Sequence record: PP355766.1
Direction: 5' to 3' (one strand)
DNA length: 64,000 nucleotides
This document shows positions 1 through 9,323 of this stretch, piece after piece (within the stretch, counting starts at the first letter, position 1; every line of letters begins with the position of its first letter). Below the pieces are notes generated by a model. That model worked only from the letters and a program-made list of their open reading frames with translations. It made no database searches and was not told the origin of the DNA. The position numbers were made by a program, and so were the translations under genes.

Positions 1-3000
1 ACCATCTGCACCATCCTTGCCTCTAGCGTCAAACTCATTGAGAATCCACGCAGTAGGGAAAGCACCTAACTCCACCTTAGCCCGACTTATGACGTTGGTT
101 CCGCCTGCCGCATTTACAGAGAATCTCAGCGAGATATAGTCTGTATTAGCCCCTGTGGTAATAGTTAGGGAGTGTCTCCCTGCCTTGTTAGTCTCCAGGT
201 AATTATTTCTAACAAAGGAGTTACCATCTCCATTGTCAAACTGAAGTACAAACAACCGAGCTTTCGTAGCTTCATCCACTTCCCAAGAAACCGTATACAT
301 AGTGCTCTTCTGAACAGGTATGAAGTACGTTCCAGGGCCAAAGTACGGTTGAGTATACGCATCAGTTTCGGCAGCCCCAGCAGTCACCCTAAATCTTAAC
401 TGGTCGTAGTTTTTACTAATTGAAGAACCACTTCCTTTTGCACTCTGGATAGAGGCCATCCACTCTTTAAATGACCAGAAGTTTTCACCTACACCAGAGG
501 CATCGATTCGCACAGGGTCAGACCAAGTACCAATGATAACATTAGTTCCACCATCAAATGTTGCAGTAGACATCCATAGAGGAGATCCGTCTGGTGGTGA
601 ATCGAACCAATCCGTAGGTTTGTTACCAGTTGGTTTAGCAGGTTTAGTCTCAGAGATACGGAAGATGATATTGGTGTAATTACCTGTCTTACCGTCAGGC
701 CCAATCTCACCTTTTTCACCAACTGCGCGGATTGCTGGACCCCAAACACCGTCAACGTTCTGACGCATGTATAGGTCGCCAGTCTGGAAGGTATCATGCC
801 AGTTACTAGCAGAGCTATCCTTAGACCACTGCACTAAAACTGATTTACCTACTAGACCAATACTATCTGAGTACTCTACTTGATACTCGGTTTTCTCTCC
901 CCCTTCTTCCAGCTTGATCATACTCCACGTAGTCGCTACGTTAAGAGTGAGGGCGGAAGGACGTAGGGTTAAGTAATTCATACCTGTTGGAACTACAAAA
1001 GTACGCTTAACTTTTATAGACGTCCCGGTATTCAGTTCTTCTATGTAAGTGGACTGAGACGAATCTGGGTTAGCCTGCCAGAATATAATATCTCTGGTCT
1101 GTACTTCGCTAGCCGCATCGATATTATAGGTTAGAGTGTAGCGTTTACCAGGAGTCACTGGATGAGAGAACGCACCGCCACCAACATACGGAGTTGCATA
1201 GCACCCTGGAGCCGAGTTATCGGTCCCGGAAGTACGGGTCAAGGTATGCGTTAGCTTCTCGATATCGTTCTTAGATGTGCCGGATTCCGTACCAGTCATT
1301 GCTGCCATCCACTTACGGACTGCGAACAGGTTAGGGTTGATAGTACCGTCCAGACGGACCGGGTTAGACCACGTACCCTGCAGCTGACCGCTAGCGTTCA
1401 TTGTGCCCTTAGTCATCCATAAAGGGCTGCCAACCGGAGGAGCATCACTCCAGCTACCTGGGTTGTTACCAGTAGGTGTTCCTGGCTTAGTATCCTGAAC
1501 GATAAACTTCATTGAAATGTAGTCACCATCAGTACCATCAGCACCGTCTTCACCAACTGCACGAATAGCGCCACCCCAAACCCCATTAACCTGCTGACGC
1601 ATGAAAATGTCGCCAGTTTGGAAACCAGCATGCCAATTAGTAGATCCATCCTTAGACCACTGGACGTTTACAGAGTTACCAGCAGGGCCTTGAGCACCAG
1701 TTGCACCAGTATCACCTTTGTCCCCTTTGTTACCCTGTGGACCTTGTGGACCTTGAGAACCTGTAGCACCAGTTGCACCGGTATCACCTTTCTCCCCATC
1801 CATTTCCAGAGCAAAAATGTGGATATCAGTAACGTAAGCTTTACCTAGGTCACTACCCGAAGACCCGGCCATCTGGATCCACGGCATTGCTATACCGGTA
1901 TTAGAACTGCCAACAGTAAACTCTTTTTCGATGTAGGACCAGCCACCAGGTACTACAGTACCTTGTGCAATAATGAGGGTTCCTTGCCAGTCAACAACTC
2001 CATCGGCCGCCCTTACAATTCGCATCCCCATGTTGATATTGACTTTGGATTCACTAGCCATTATCCACATACCTAGTCTATATTTCTGACCAGCTACTAC
2101 AGGGAATGAGTTAGCATCTTCTATACAGTCCCTAGCAGAGATTACCAAGGCCTTACTGAAGCCTGCGGCTACAATTGTGGCACCAGAAACCCCTTGGACA
2201 CTACCAGTCGACCAGGTACCCTTATTTCCATTCTCGAATGAAGTAGTAATAACGCGATCATAACCTTTTGCAAGGATAGATTTAGTAGTTGCCACTCTGC
2301 GAACCACGGCACCGTAAGTAGGGTGTACCGCACGTAAGTCGACCCAACCGTTGATAACATCAGTACCCGCCGGCATACCTTTTAAAGTATATTTGCCCGC
2401 TGAAGTAATATCAGCATCAAGGTTATTCTTCTCCATAGTACTGAAGGTGCATTCTGAGGTGATATCCTTCGCCCCATAGAATACTTTGAAGTCACCAGAA
2501 CCAGTACTGTAGTTTTGCACGTAACCAGCATAGTTCGCCAGAACTGTGGAACCTTCGTTGGTCAGAAGACCTACGAGAGCGTTAGAACCATCATCTAGGC
2601 GCACAATAGTGATCTGATCGGTAATACCATCACAAACAGCTGTAACTACTACAGACTTCGATGTTTTGAAGTTAGCGGCAGTCAGTGTAGCACCAGTATT
2701 ACTAGTACTTGTTAGTGTAATACTACCACCTTTCTCGTCTTTGGCAGACCACGTAACGTTAGCCGTAGTATTCTGACGGAAAGCCTGGAACAGGATGGTT
2801 GCATCGGACTTCAGTTTACCTTCTGCGTCGTACGTAAACGTCTGACCGAGAGAAGAGAGGCTGAATCCTTTTGCATTATCACCCTTAGCACCTTGCGGGC
2901 CTTGGTTACCCTGTGGACCCTGATTACCCTGAGGCCCTTGTGGACCCTGAGTACCTTGATCCCCCTTTTCACCGATACTGTCGGAAGCTTCTACGCTATA

Positions 3001-5751
3001 AGCGGTAGACTTAATGCCTTCTTCAAGTTTTAAGTTGGAGTAAGTAACCGTTGCTCCGGCAGTACGAACACCTGGACGGAAGCTCAGGAACTTAGTATCA
3101 GCACGAGTGATAATCTTAGCTTCCTGCTTACCTTTAGCTCCGGTCAGTAACTCTTGGAAATTAGTAAAACTTCCAGTAATACTAGAGAACTCTAGTAACA
3201 GGTCTCTCAAAGCAAAGCTGGTACTATCAGTACTAACCTCATAAGTGAAGATGTACGACGTGTTCGGCTTTACAGGAATCTCAACTATAGGCCCCTGCGA
3301 ACCTTGGAAAGGAACAGGGTGTGCACCCGGTCCTGTAGAAGAGGTGGTACTTTCTGTGTTGGTTATAGTAAAGCTGAGGGTATCAGGATTCTTAACCATG
3401 GTACCATTGCTCATTCCGGTCCACTGCTCCAGTGTTTTCTTAACTGGATACAGGTTTACCCCAATGCCTTCACCATCAATACGAACTGGCTCTGACCATG
3501 TACCAACTAGAGCGTTAGTCTGTCCGTTAAACTCGGCCTTAACCATCCATAGCGGGTTTCCCTGAGGAGGTGCATCTGACCAACCTGAAGGAGCCTGTCC
3601 CGTAGGAGTATCAGGTTTTTCAGCTGCCACACGGAAACGCATCCCAATGTAGTTACCTTTAGACCCCGGAGTACCATTAGTACCATCTTCCCCGACTGCA
3701 CGGATCGCTGAACTCCATCCACCGGTACCAACACGCTGACGCATGAAGATATCACCAGTAGTAAAGTTTGCATGCCAGTTAGTAGTACCATCTTTAGACC
3801 ACTGTACTTCTACTGAACCACCTGCCGGACCTTGTGGACCTTGTGGACCAGTAGCACCGGTGGCACCTTTCTCGCCGTCTACACGTAATGGTTCTGACCA
3901 GCCTTCTACCTTCAGTGCATTAGTATTACCATCGAATCTACCAGAACACATCCAAAGAGGGGTTCCAGTTGGTGGGGTACGGCTCCAACCACTAGGATCA
4001 TTGATATTACCTGGCTTCGTGGGCTTACTAGCATTAATCTGGTAAATCTGAACAGTGTAGTCCCCGTTGGAGCCATCAGTACCACCAGTACCTGGAACAC
4101 CAGACCACTGAGACGCGGCTGAGTAGTTGGTACCATCTACCAGAGCAGGAGGGCTCTTTTTAGGGTCAAGGGTACCCTGAACAACGTAAACGTTCTGGTT
4201 CTGTTCAGTACGGTTAGGTGGGAATGCGGACCATCCAGCTGGTGGATAAACTTGGTCAAGCGGGCGACTTGGCAGAGATGTCCCAAGTTTGTAAGCAAAT
4301 ACAGTCTGCTTACCCTGCATACCTGTTTCAAGGTCTACATCACCTCCCGGAGTACCAATCACAACGTTACCAGAAATACGAAGAGTGTCGCCATCCCAGC
4401 GTACATACTGAGTGTTATTACCAAGGTCAAACTTAGCCTTACCATCAGTGTTGTCAACACCCATCCAGACACCGCCTGCGTTATTACCGTACTTCTTACC
4501 CTGAGTGAAGATTGCCGGGTTGTCTTTACCGGTCAGGTTAGTAAGAATTACGTTAGCAGCATTAATGTCTTTAGTAATAACTTTACCATCGACGTTTACA
4601 ATCTTATTAACAGGGTCGAATGAAATCGGCGCTTTACCATTTTCATCGAGTATACCAAGAACTACTGCACCTGTAGCAGCATCGACTAAGAAAGTCTGCT
4701 CCCACTGATTAGTGTTAGAGTTCCAAAGTTTACCCTTGATACCTGCGTAGGTCATCTCTACACCGGTCTCGTTAATGAATGCGTTGTCGAAAGTAGTGCT
4801 CTCGTCTATAATATAAGTAACCTCGTTAGAGTTAGTTATAGACTGAGTATCCGGACCCCAAGCAACCGATAGCACACGAAAACGGTGGCGGATCTTATAA
4901 GGGAAGCTAGTGATAGTACCAGCTTTAGCTGCACCTACGTTTAGCTTATTAGCCTTAGTCCATCCAGTTTTTGCAAACTCATCGTTACTTATATACTGGA
5001 TGATGAATTCACGAACGTTAGCACCAGTGCCACGAGTCCAATCCCATTCTAGACGAACGTCAAAACGCTCCATACCGTCTTGAATGTGGGCAGTTTTGAA
5101 ACGCAGGTTAGTTGGGGCTGATGGAGGAGTGAAATTGTAGGTCAGGTTAAATAGGGAAGGCCAGGTATCATACCCAGAAACATCCACAGTGACACCGTCT
5201 GGCATAGTAACAACACCAGATACGCGGATATTATACCTACCAACAGGAACACCACCAAAGATGATCTGCTCAGTGATTGGGCCACGGTAGTATTTAGTCC
5301 AGGTACTAGAACCTTCCGGTTTCATTTCAATGGTAACGTATTCAGCTTCACCAGAAAGCTCTACGACAACCATAGGGGCACCAACACCCACGTCAACAGA
5401 TTCTGCAAAAGAAGACACCTTGGTGATCTTCGGAGCAGTTTTCATTTTGAAGTTAACAGTGCTAGAGAGGTTCATACCTACTTTAGCAGCCATCAGCTCT
5501 GCATCGACCATTGAGTCGTAGAAAGCACCCTGAGCAGAGTAGGTAGCGCCAGCGATTAAATTGTTAATTGTGGCAATGAAAGTATCAACGCCAGTAAAAT
5601 CCCTACGGGTGGTTACCCCACCCGTAGTTAGCCAGAAAGTTCTACCGATTACATCGTAATCGGAAAAGATTGAGTGCTGAATACTCGCAATCGTGTAACC
5701 GGTCACGATATTCTGCAATACCATTTGAGCTGGTGCTATGTTTGAAATCAT
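1..5751 (-). CDS. pb4: Giant central straight tail fibre (pb4-like N-terminus, collagen-like segments, repeated beta-sandwich modules); partial, runs off the left edge
   Basis: ATG at 5751-5749 abuts the pb3 TAA. Starts MISNIAPAQMVLQNIVTGYTIASIQHSIFSDYDVIGR, like T5 pb4. Hand-translated stretches are open down to base 1 (…NEFDARGKDGADG); no stop seen, consistent with its absence from the ORF track. Confidence 0.9.
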   Translation of the reverse strand, partial: MISNIAPAQMVLQNIVTGYTIASIQHSIFSDYDVIGRTFWLTTGGVTTRRDFTGVDTFIATINNLIAGATYSAQGAFYDSMVDAELMAAKVGMNLSSTVNFKMKTAPKITKVSSFAESVDVGVGAPMVVVELSGEAEYVTIEMKPEGSSTWTKYYRGPITEQIIFGGVPVGRYNIRVSGVVTMPDGVTVDVSGYDTWPSLFNLTYNFTPPSAPTNLRFKTAHIQDGMERFDVRLEWDWTRGTGANVREFIIQYISNDEFAKTGWTKANKLNVGAAKAGTITSFPYKIRHRFRVLSVAWGPDTQSITNSNEVTYIIDESTTFDNAFINETGVEMTYAGIKGKLWNSNTNQWEQTFLVDAATGAVVLGILDENGKAPISFDPVNKIVNVDGKVITKDINAANVILTNLTGKDNPAIFTQGKKYGNNAGGVWMGVDNTDGKAKFDLGNNTQYVRWDGDTLRISGNVVIGTPGGDVDLETGMQGKQTVFAYKLGTSLPSRPLDQVYPPAGWSAFPPNRTEQNQNVYVVQGTLDPKKSPPALVDGTNYSAASQWSGVPGTGGTDGSNGDYTVQIYQINASKPTKPGNINDPSGWSRTPPTGTPLWMCSGRFDGNTNALKVEGWSEPLRVDGEKGATGATGPQGPQGPAGGSVEVQWSKDGTTNWHANFTTGDIFMRQRVGTGGWSSAIRAVGEDGTNGTPGSKGNYIGMRFRVAAEKPDTPTGQAPSGWSDAPPQGNPLWMVKAEFNGQTNALVGTWSEPVRIDGEGIGVNLYPVKKTLEQWTGMSNGTMVKNPDTLSFTITNTESTTSSTGPGAHPVPFQGSQGPIVEIPVKPNTSYIFTYEVSTDSTSFALRDLLLEFSSITGSFTNFQELLTGAKGKQEAKIITRADTKFLSFRPGVRTAGATVTYSNLKLEEGIKSTAYSVEASDSIGEKGDQGTQGPQGPQGNQGPQGNQGPQGAKGDNAKGFSLSSLGQTFTYDAEGKLKSDATILFQAFRQNTTANVTWSAKDEKGGSITLTSTSNTGATLTAANFKTSKSVVVTAVCDGITDQITIVRLDDGSNALVGLLTNEGSTVLANYAGYVQNYSTGSGDFKVFYGAKDITSECTFSTMEKNNLDADITSAGKYTLKGMPAGTDVINGWVDLRAVHPTYGAVVRRVATTKSILAKGYDRVITTSFENGNKGTWSTGSVQGVSGATIVAAGFSKALVISARDCIEDANSFPVVAGQKYRLGMWIMASESKVNINMGMRIVRAADGVVDWQGTLIIAQGTVVPGGWSYIEKEFTVGSSNTGIAMPWIQMAGSSGSDLGKAYVTDIHIFALEMDGEKGDTGATGATGSQGPQGPQGNKGDKGDTGATGAQGPAGNSVNVQWSKDGSTNWHAGFQTGDIFMRQQVNGVWGGAIRAVGEDGADGTDGDYISMKFIVQDTKPGTPTGNNPGSWSDAPPVGSPLWMTKGTMNASGQLQGTWSNPVRLDGTINPNLFAVRKWMAAMTGTESGTSKNDIEKLTHTLTRTSGTDNSAPGCYATPYVGGGAFSHPVTPGKRYTLTYNIDAASEVQTRDIIFWQANPDSSQSTYIEELNTGTSIKVKRTFVVPTGMNYLTLRPSALTLNVATTWSMIKLEEGGEKTEYQVEYSDSIGLVGKSVLVQWSKDSSASNWHDTFQTGDLYMRQNVDGVWGPAIRAVGEKGEIGPDGKTGNYTNIIFRISETKPAKPTGNKPTDWFDSPPDGSPLWMSTATFDGGTNVIIGTWSDPVRIDASGVGENFWSFKEWMASIQSAKGSGSSISKNYDQLRFRVTAGAAETDAYTQPYFGPGTYFIPVQKSTMYTVSWEVDEATKARLFVLQFDNGDGNSFVRNNYLETNKAGRHSLTITTGANTDYISLRFSVNAAGGTNVISRAKVELGAFPTAWILNEFDARGKDGADG

Positions 5752-8598
5752 TTAGATATATGCCCATGCAACCGACTTCTCGCCCTTTGGTCCCTCCGCC
5801 TGAATTCTTGGCTGAAGTGCTCTGTAAATCCCCAAAGTGTTCGAGTTGTTGGCCTTGTAGTCGAGCTTATTGTAGCCCAACAGGTAGCTGTAGTTATATA
5901 AACTGGTGATCTTAGCGGATCTAAGCAGTTTATTAGTGTTGTCCCTTATTTCAAGCGTGTAGAAAATCCCTGAAATCAGCCCCTCTTCTTGCAGCTTATC
6001 CCATCCTAGCTCTAAGTCAGGTCCCACCCATTCCGCAGGGTCAGGAGCAAGGTTAAGCACCCGGAAGTTTTCCACCATACTAAGGTTCTTAGCTGAGTTC
6101 AAATCTACAGAAATTGTTACTGGGGAGCTACGACGACCATTGATATCAACAGCGCGGATCTCGAAAATAGTCAGTCCAGCCGGCTCACCCACGATATCTT
6201 GGAACATCCTAACGTTAGGCGTGAAAGCAGTCTGCTGCACAATATAAGGATCCACACGGTCCGATTTACGTATTGAGTAATAGACTACGTTAGGTGTCAA
6301 GCTAGGAAGCCATGAAAGCTCTCCGTTTTTGCCAACATCACCTACCATTCCACCAGGTGTGGGGGTATACTTAAAGTCTCTTGGAGGCAGGACATTATTG
6401 GATATTTCAGGAACGGCCTCGCTACTGTTATCCACCTGCGTTGAGTTAATAAATACATCCTCACCATACTCCTGAAGAGTTACGTTTATCTTACCATCTC
6501 TTGTGTTCTCCACCGTATCGACTAAGAAGAACTTCTTGTACCAGCCGTACCGATCGTAGGTGAATACTACAGGATCATTAGGCTCTATACCAAGGAATTT
6601 GTAAGGTAAAGAGAAGCTCAGAGAACGAGAGTAACGAGACTTTTTAAGCTCCCTATCTGCCAGACTTCTGGCAGTGTAGTAGTTGGTTATGTTAGCAAAA
6701 GAAAGTTGAAGTTTCTTGTCAACCCCACGATCTTCATTCTTAAACTTAGAATTATAGAACGTTATAGAGTTGGTTTTCCAGTTCAGGGTAGGATCAATCA
6801 GAGACGCCTGAACTGAGTTGTACTTATTACGGCCTGTGGTATCTGAAAGATCCAGGTCCCCATAAGTATCTAGGAAATTAAGTTCTAGTGGAGTTTTTGA
6901 GTCTTTCTCCACGGTGATGCGGAAGATACCCGATAGGTTGTTCAGCGCCCCCTGGAAGGATTCTAATAGCTCCTGTACGTTCTTAAACACAGAGTTGGAG
7001 TTATCCAAGATTGTGTTCATTTGCATTATTTGTCTGTTTTCGGCTGTCCAGCTATCCCACCCAACGTATCTCCAGAAAGGTTGCCAACTAGTTTGATAAG
7101 AGGTGTCTATAATGTTTAATAGATCGGCCTCTTTTCTCCAGTCACCAATCACCATTCTATCTATCGGGATACTTGCACCAAAGGTAGTGGAGGTTAGGTA
7201 GTCAAAGGTCTGCCATACGCCATTTTGGCTGGTTTTATCCATTTTAACAGAACCGTCTGCCTGGTACACTTTTACCTTACGACCGCTTAACTCTGCGGAC
7301 ACTTCAGGAATATCGGTCCTGTTCTCGGTAATAGTAAACCGTATAACAGCGTAAGCAGTATCTAATAGCTTGTATCTAGAATCCCAGTACTCCGGTCCAT
7401 TACCATTTTCTCCCTGTAGGAAGAAATTGTTAGCAGCAGCAATGTCTCTTAGTACCGTAGCTACCGTCTGGTCTGGCTTACCGTGGAATGTCCAGATTCG
7501 TATATCCCCGTTACCGTCATTGTACTTGTATTCTTGACCATGCTCTGAGAGAGATGTTGATGGAAGTCCTGTGGAGATTCTTGCCATAGTATCTCCCGAT
7601 ACTCTTTTTTGTCCGAAGCATGTACGAGAGGTACTGTCAGTTTGATCAGTACAGATCATAGGGGCGTCTCCAAACTGGAAGTCGAGGAACCCTTCAATCT
7701 CACCCTCACAGAACGCGTAAACCACATACACAACGTTTGGATTGTTTCTTTCTGTATCCGCGAAAACCGGAATACCAGGAACTTTTTGAGTACCGTATAC
7801 TACAGGAATAAACTTGGCTGCAAGGTTGAAGTCCAGGTCTACTTCTTTAGTGACAGTCTCATAATACTTTTTAAGGCTGTAGCTCTTGGAGAGACCAAAT
7901 AATTTCTTTTTAGATTCCAGCTTGTATCGTTCTTCTTTTACTTGATATTTAGCTAGGAAGTTAACGCTCTTGTTGGCATGGAAGAATCCATAGTCCTCTT
8001 GATATTCCGGTCGTTTGGCACCGTGAGAAGGTAGTAATTCTCCATTTACAATCTCGAGCCCTCGGTGGGAGGCGTCATCTGTGAAGCGCCCGGCAACCCT
8101 CTCAAAATCGTAGAATTCGTTAGAACAGTTCCAAGTTATAACAGAGGTACCAATTCCGGATACTGTATTACTTTCTTTAATACCACCACCCACAATCTTA
8201 CCCCTAAAGAAGAGTAATGGGCCGTTGGTATCTGGGTCCACTGGAAGGATTTCCCCATTGTCGTCGATGATCGCCTGATATATAGAGATAGAGCGATCTA
8301 AAAATGATACACCACTTTGCACGAGCTTAATGACTTCATTGGCATCCGTACCAGTAACACTGAAGCTCAAACTACCGACGGTTAACGTACGGTTTTGTTT
8401 GTGACTGCTAATTGTTTTAATTTTCCCTGATTGGAAGAGTATACCACCATAATTGATATCTCTCATGTAGTCCGTCATATAAGCATAAACAGCGTTATTA
8501 CCCGTGGACCCCGGGAGTTCGATAGAGACAAGATACGCTAATCGTATCTTGTCATTGTTGGCAAGGTAGGCTTTCGCAGAAGGAAGGATCTGTCTCAT
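5752..8598 (-). CDS. pb3: Baseplate hub protein
   Basis: 948 aa; size, position between pb9 and pb4, and sequence resemble T5 pb3. Confidence 0.92.
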   Translation of the reverse strand: MRQILPSAKAYLANNDKIRLAYLVSIELPGSTGNNAVYAYMTDYMRDINYGGILFQSGKIKTISSHKQNRTLTVGSLSFSVTGTDANEVIKLVQSGVSFLDRSISIYQAIIDDNGEILPVDPDTNGPLLFFRGKIVGGGIKESNTVSGIGTSVITWNCSNEFYDFERVAGRFTDDASHRGLEIVNGELLPSHGAKRPEYQEDYGFFHANKSVNFLAKYQVKEERYKLESKKKLFGLSKSYSLKKYYETVTKEVDLDFNLAAKFIPVVYGTQKVPGIPVFADTERNNPNVVYVVYAFCEGEIEGFLDFQFGDAPMICTDQTDSTSRTCFGQKRVSGDTMARISTGLPSTSLSEHGQEYKYNDGNGDIRIWTFHGKPDQTVATVLRDIAAANNFFLQGENGNGPEYWDSRYKLLDTAYAVIRFTITENRTDIPEVSAELSGRKVKVYQADGSVKMDKTSQNGVWQTFDYLTSTTFGASIPIDRMVIGDWRKEADLLNIIDTSYQTSWQPFWRYVGWDSWTAENRQIMQMNTILDNSNSVFKNVQELLESFQGALNNLSGIFRITVEKDSKTPLELNFLDTYGDLDLSDTTGRNKYNSVQASLIDPTLNWKTNSITFYNSKFKNEDRGVDKKLQLSFANITNYYTARSLADRELKKSRYSRSLSFSLPYKFLGIEPNDPVVFTYDRYGWYKKFFLVDTVENTRDGKINVTLQEYGEDVFINSTQVDNSSEAVPEISNNVLPPRDFKYTPTPGGMVGDVGKNGELSWLPSLTPNVVYYSIRKSDRVDPYIVQQTAFTPNVRMFQDIVGEPAGLTIFEIRAVDINGRRSSPVTISVDLNSAKNLSMVENFRVLNLAPDPAEWVGPDLELGWDKLQEEGLISGIFYTLEIRDNTNKLLRSAKITSLYNYSYLLGYNKLDYKANNSNTLGIYRALQPRIQAEGPKGEKSVAWAYI

Positions 8599-9209
8599 AG
8601 ACTTTCTCTCAGAACTAGGTTAACCCCGTCGTATACACCATCAACTGTGATCTCTTCGCTGAATGAATCTCCGTTCATTAATTTAGTTTGGAAAAGAATC
8701 CCATTGAAACGTGGTCTCTCGGAGCCGTTGGTAGTGAGCAACAGATCAGGGTATAGATTAAGTGTCCATACTCCTGCTACGTTTTTAAAAGATGTAATCT
8801 TATACACCTTTGGATGTGTGGTTAACTGGAATAAATCACCAGGCTTGGGCTCTCCAGATAGGGAGCTCGTATTGGTAATAACCAGTGTGGAGCCTTTTTG
8901 TCCAGCGGCAATGCGACAGTTGTTCGCATCCCCTCTCACTCGGTAAGACTCATAGTGTGGGAGTATAACGTCGAGATAGCCTCTGGTACGCTTATACTCT
9001 AGAATTGCTGACGAAAGTACAGCATACTCATCGGGAAACATCACAGGATAACTAATGTTAAGACCCCAATACTGAGTGGCTGTTTTAACTTCGTTAACCT
9101 TGCCGTTTGGTAGCTCATCTCTGATCATCGGATCGTTATCGATCAGAGTAGCTTTATCAAACCCAAGGCCGTTATACTGAGGATGTGTAAAGGGATCTGG
9201 TAATCTCAT
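8595..9209 (-). CDS. pb9: Distal tail protein (Dit)
   Basis: 204 aa starting MRLPDP; T5 pb9 size and synteny. Confidence 0.92.
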   Translation of the reverse strand: MRLPDPFTHPQYNGLGFDKATLIDNDPMIRDELPNGKVNEVKTATQYWGLNISYPVMFPDEYAVLSSAILEYKRTRGYLDVILPHYESYRVRGDANNCRIAAGQKGSTLVITNTSSLSGEPKPGDLFQLTTHPKVYKITSFKNVAGVWTLNLYPDLLLTTNGSERPRFNGILFQTKLMNGDSFSEEITVDGVYDGVNLVLRESL

Positions 9210-9236
9210 GTTTTGTTTTCTCCTCTCAATGTTAAT

Positions 9237-9265
9237 ATTATAGTCATATCAAGAAAAATTTTCAA
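9237..9265 (-). promoter_or_regulatory. sigma70-type promoter for pb9-pb3-pb4
   Basis: TTGAAA-N17-TATAAT. Confidence 0.75.
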
Positions 9266-9290
9266 GATAATTTTATAAATTCCAAAAAGA

Positions 9291-9314
9291 AGGGAGGACA
9301 ATTACGTCCTCCCT
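9291..9314 (-). terminator. Intrinsic terminator after pb2
   Basis: AGGGAGGAC/GTCCTCCCT stem plus T-tract on the minus strand. Confidence 0.8.
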
Positions 9315-9323
9315 TTAGTTTAG

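Noticed and set aside
165-5521. Many 60-120-aa ORFs listed over the fibre gene
   Set aside because: Out-of-frame or antisense to the single long pb4-like frame
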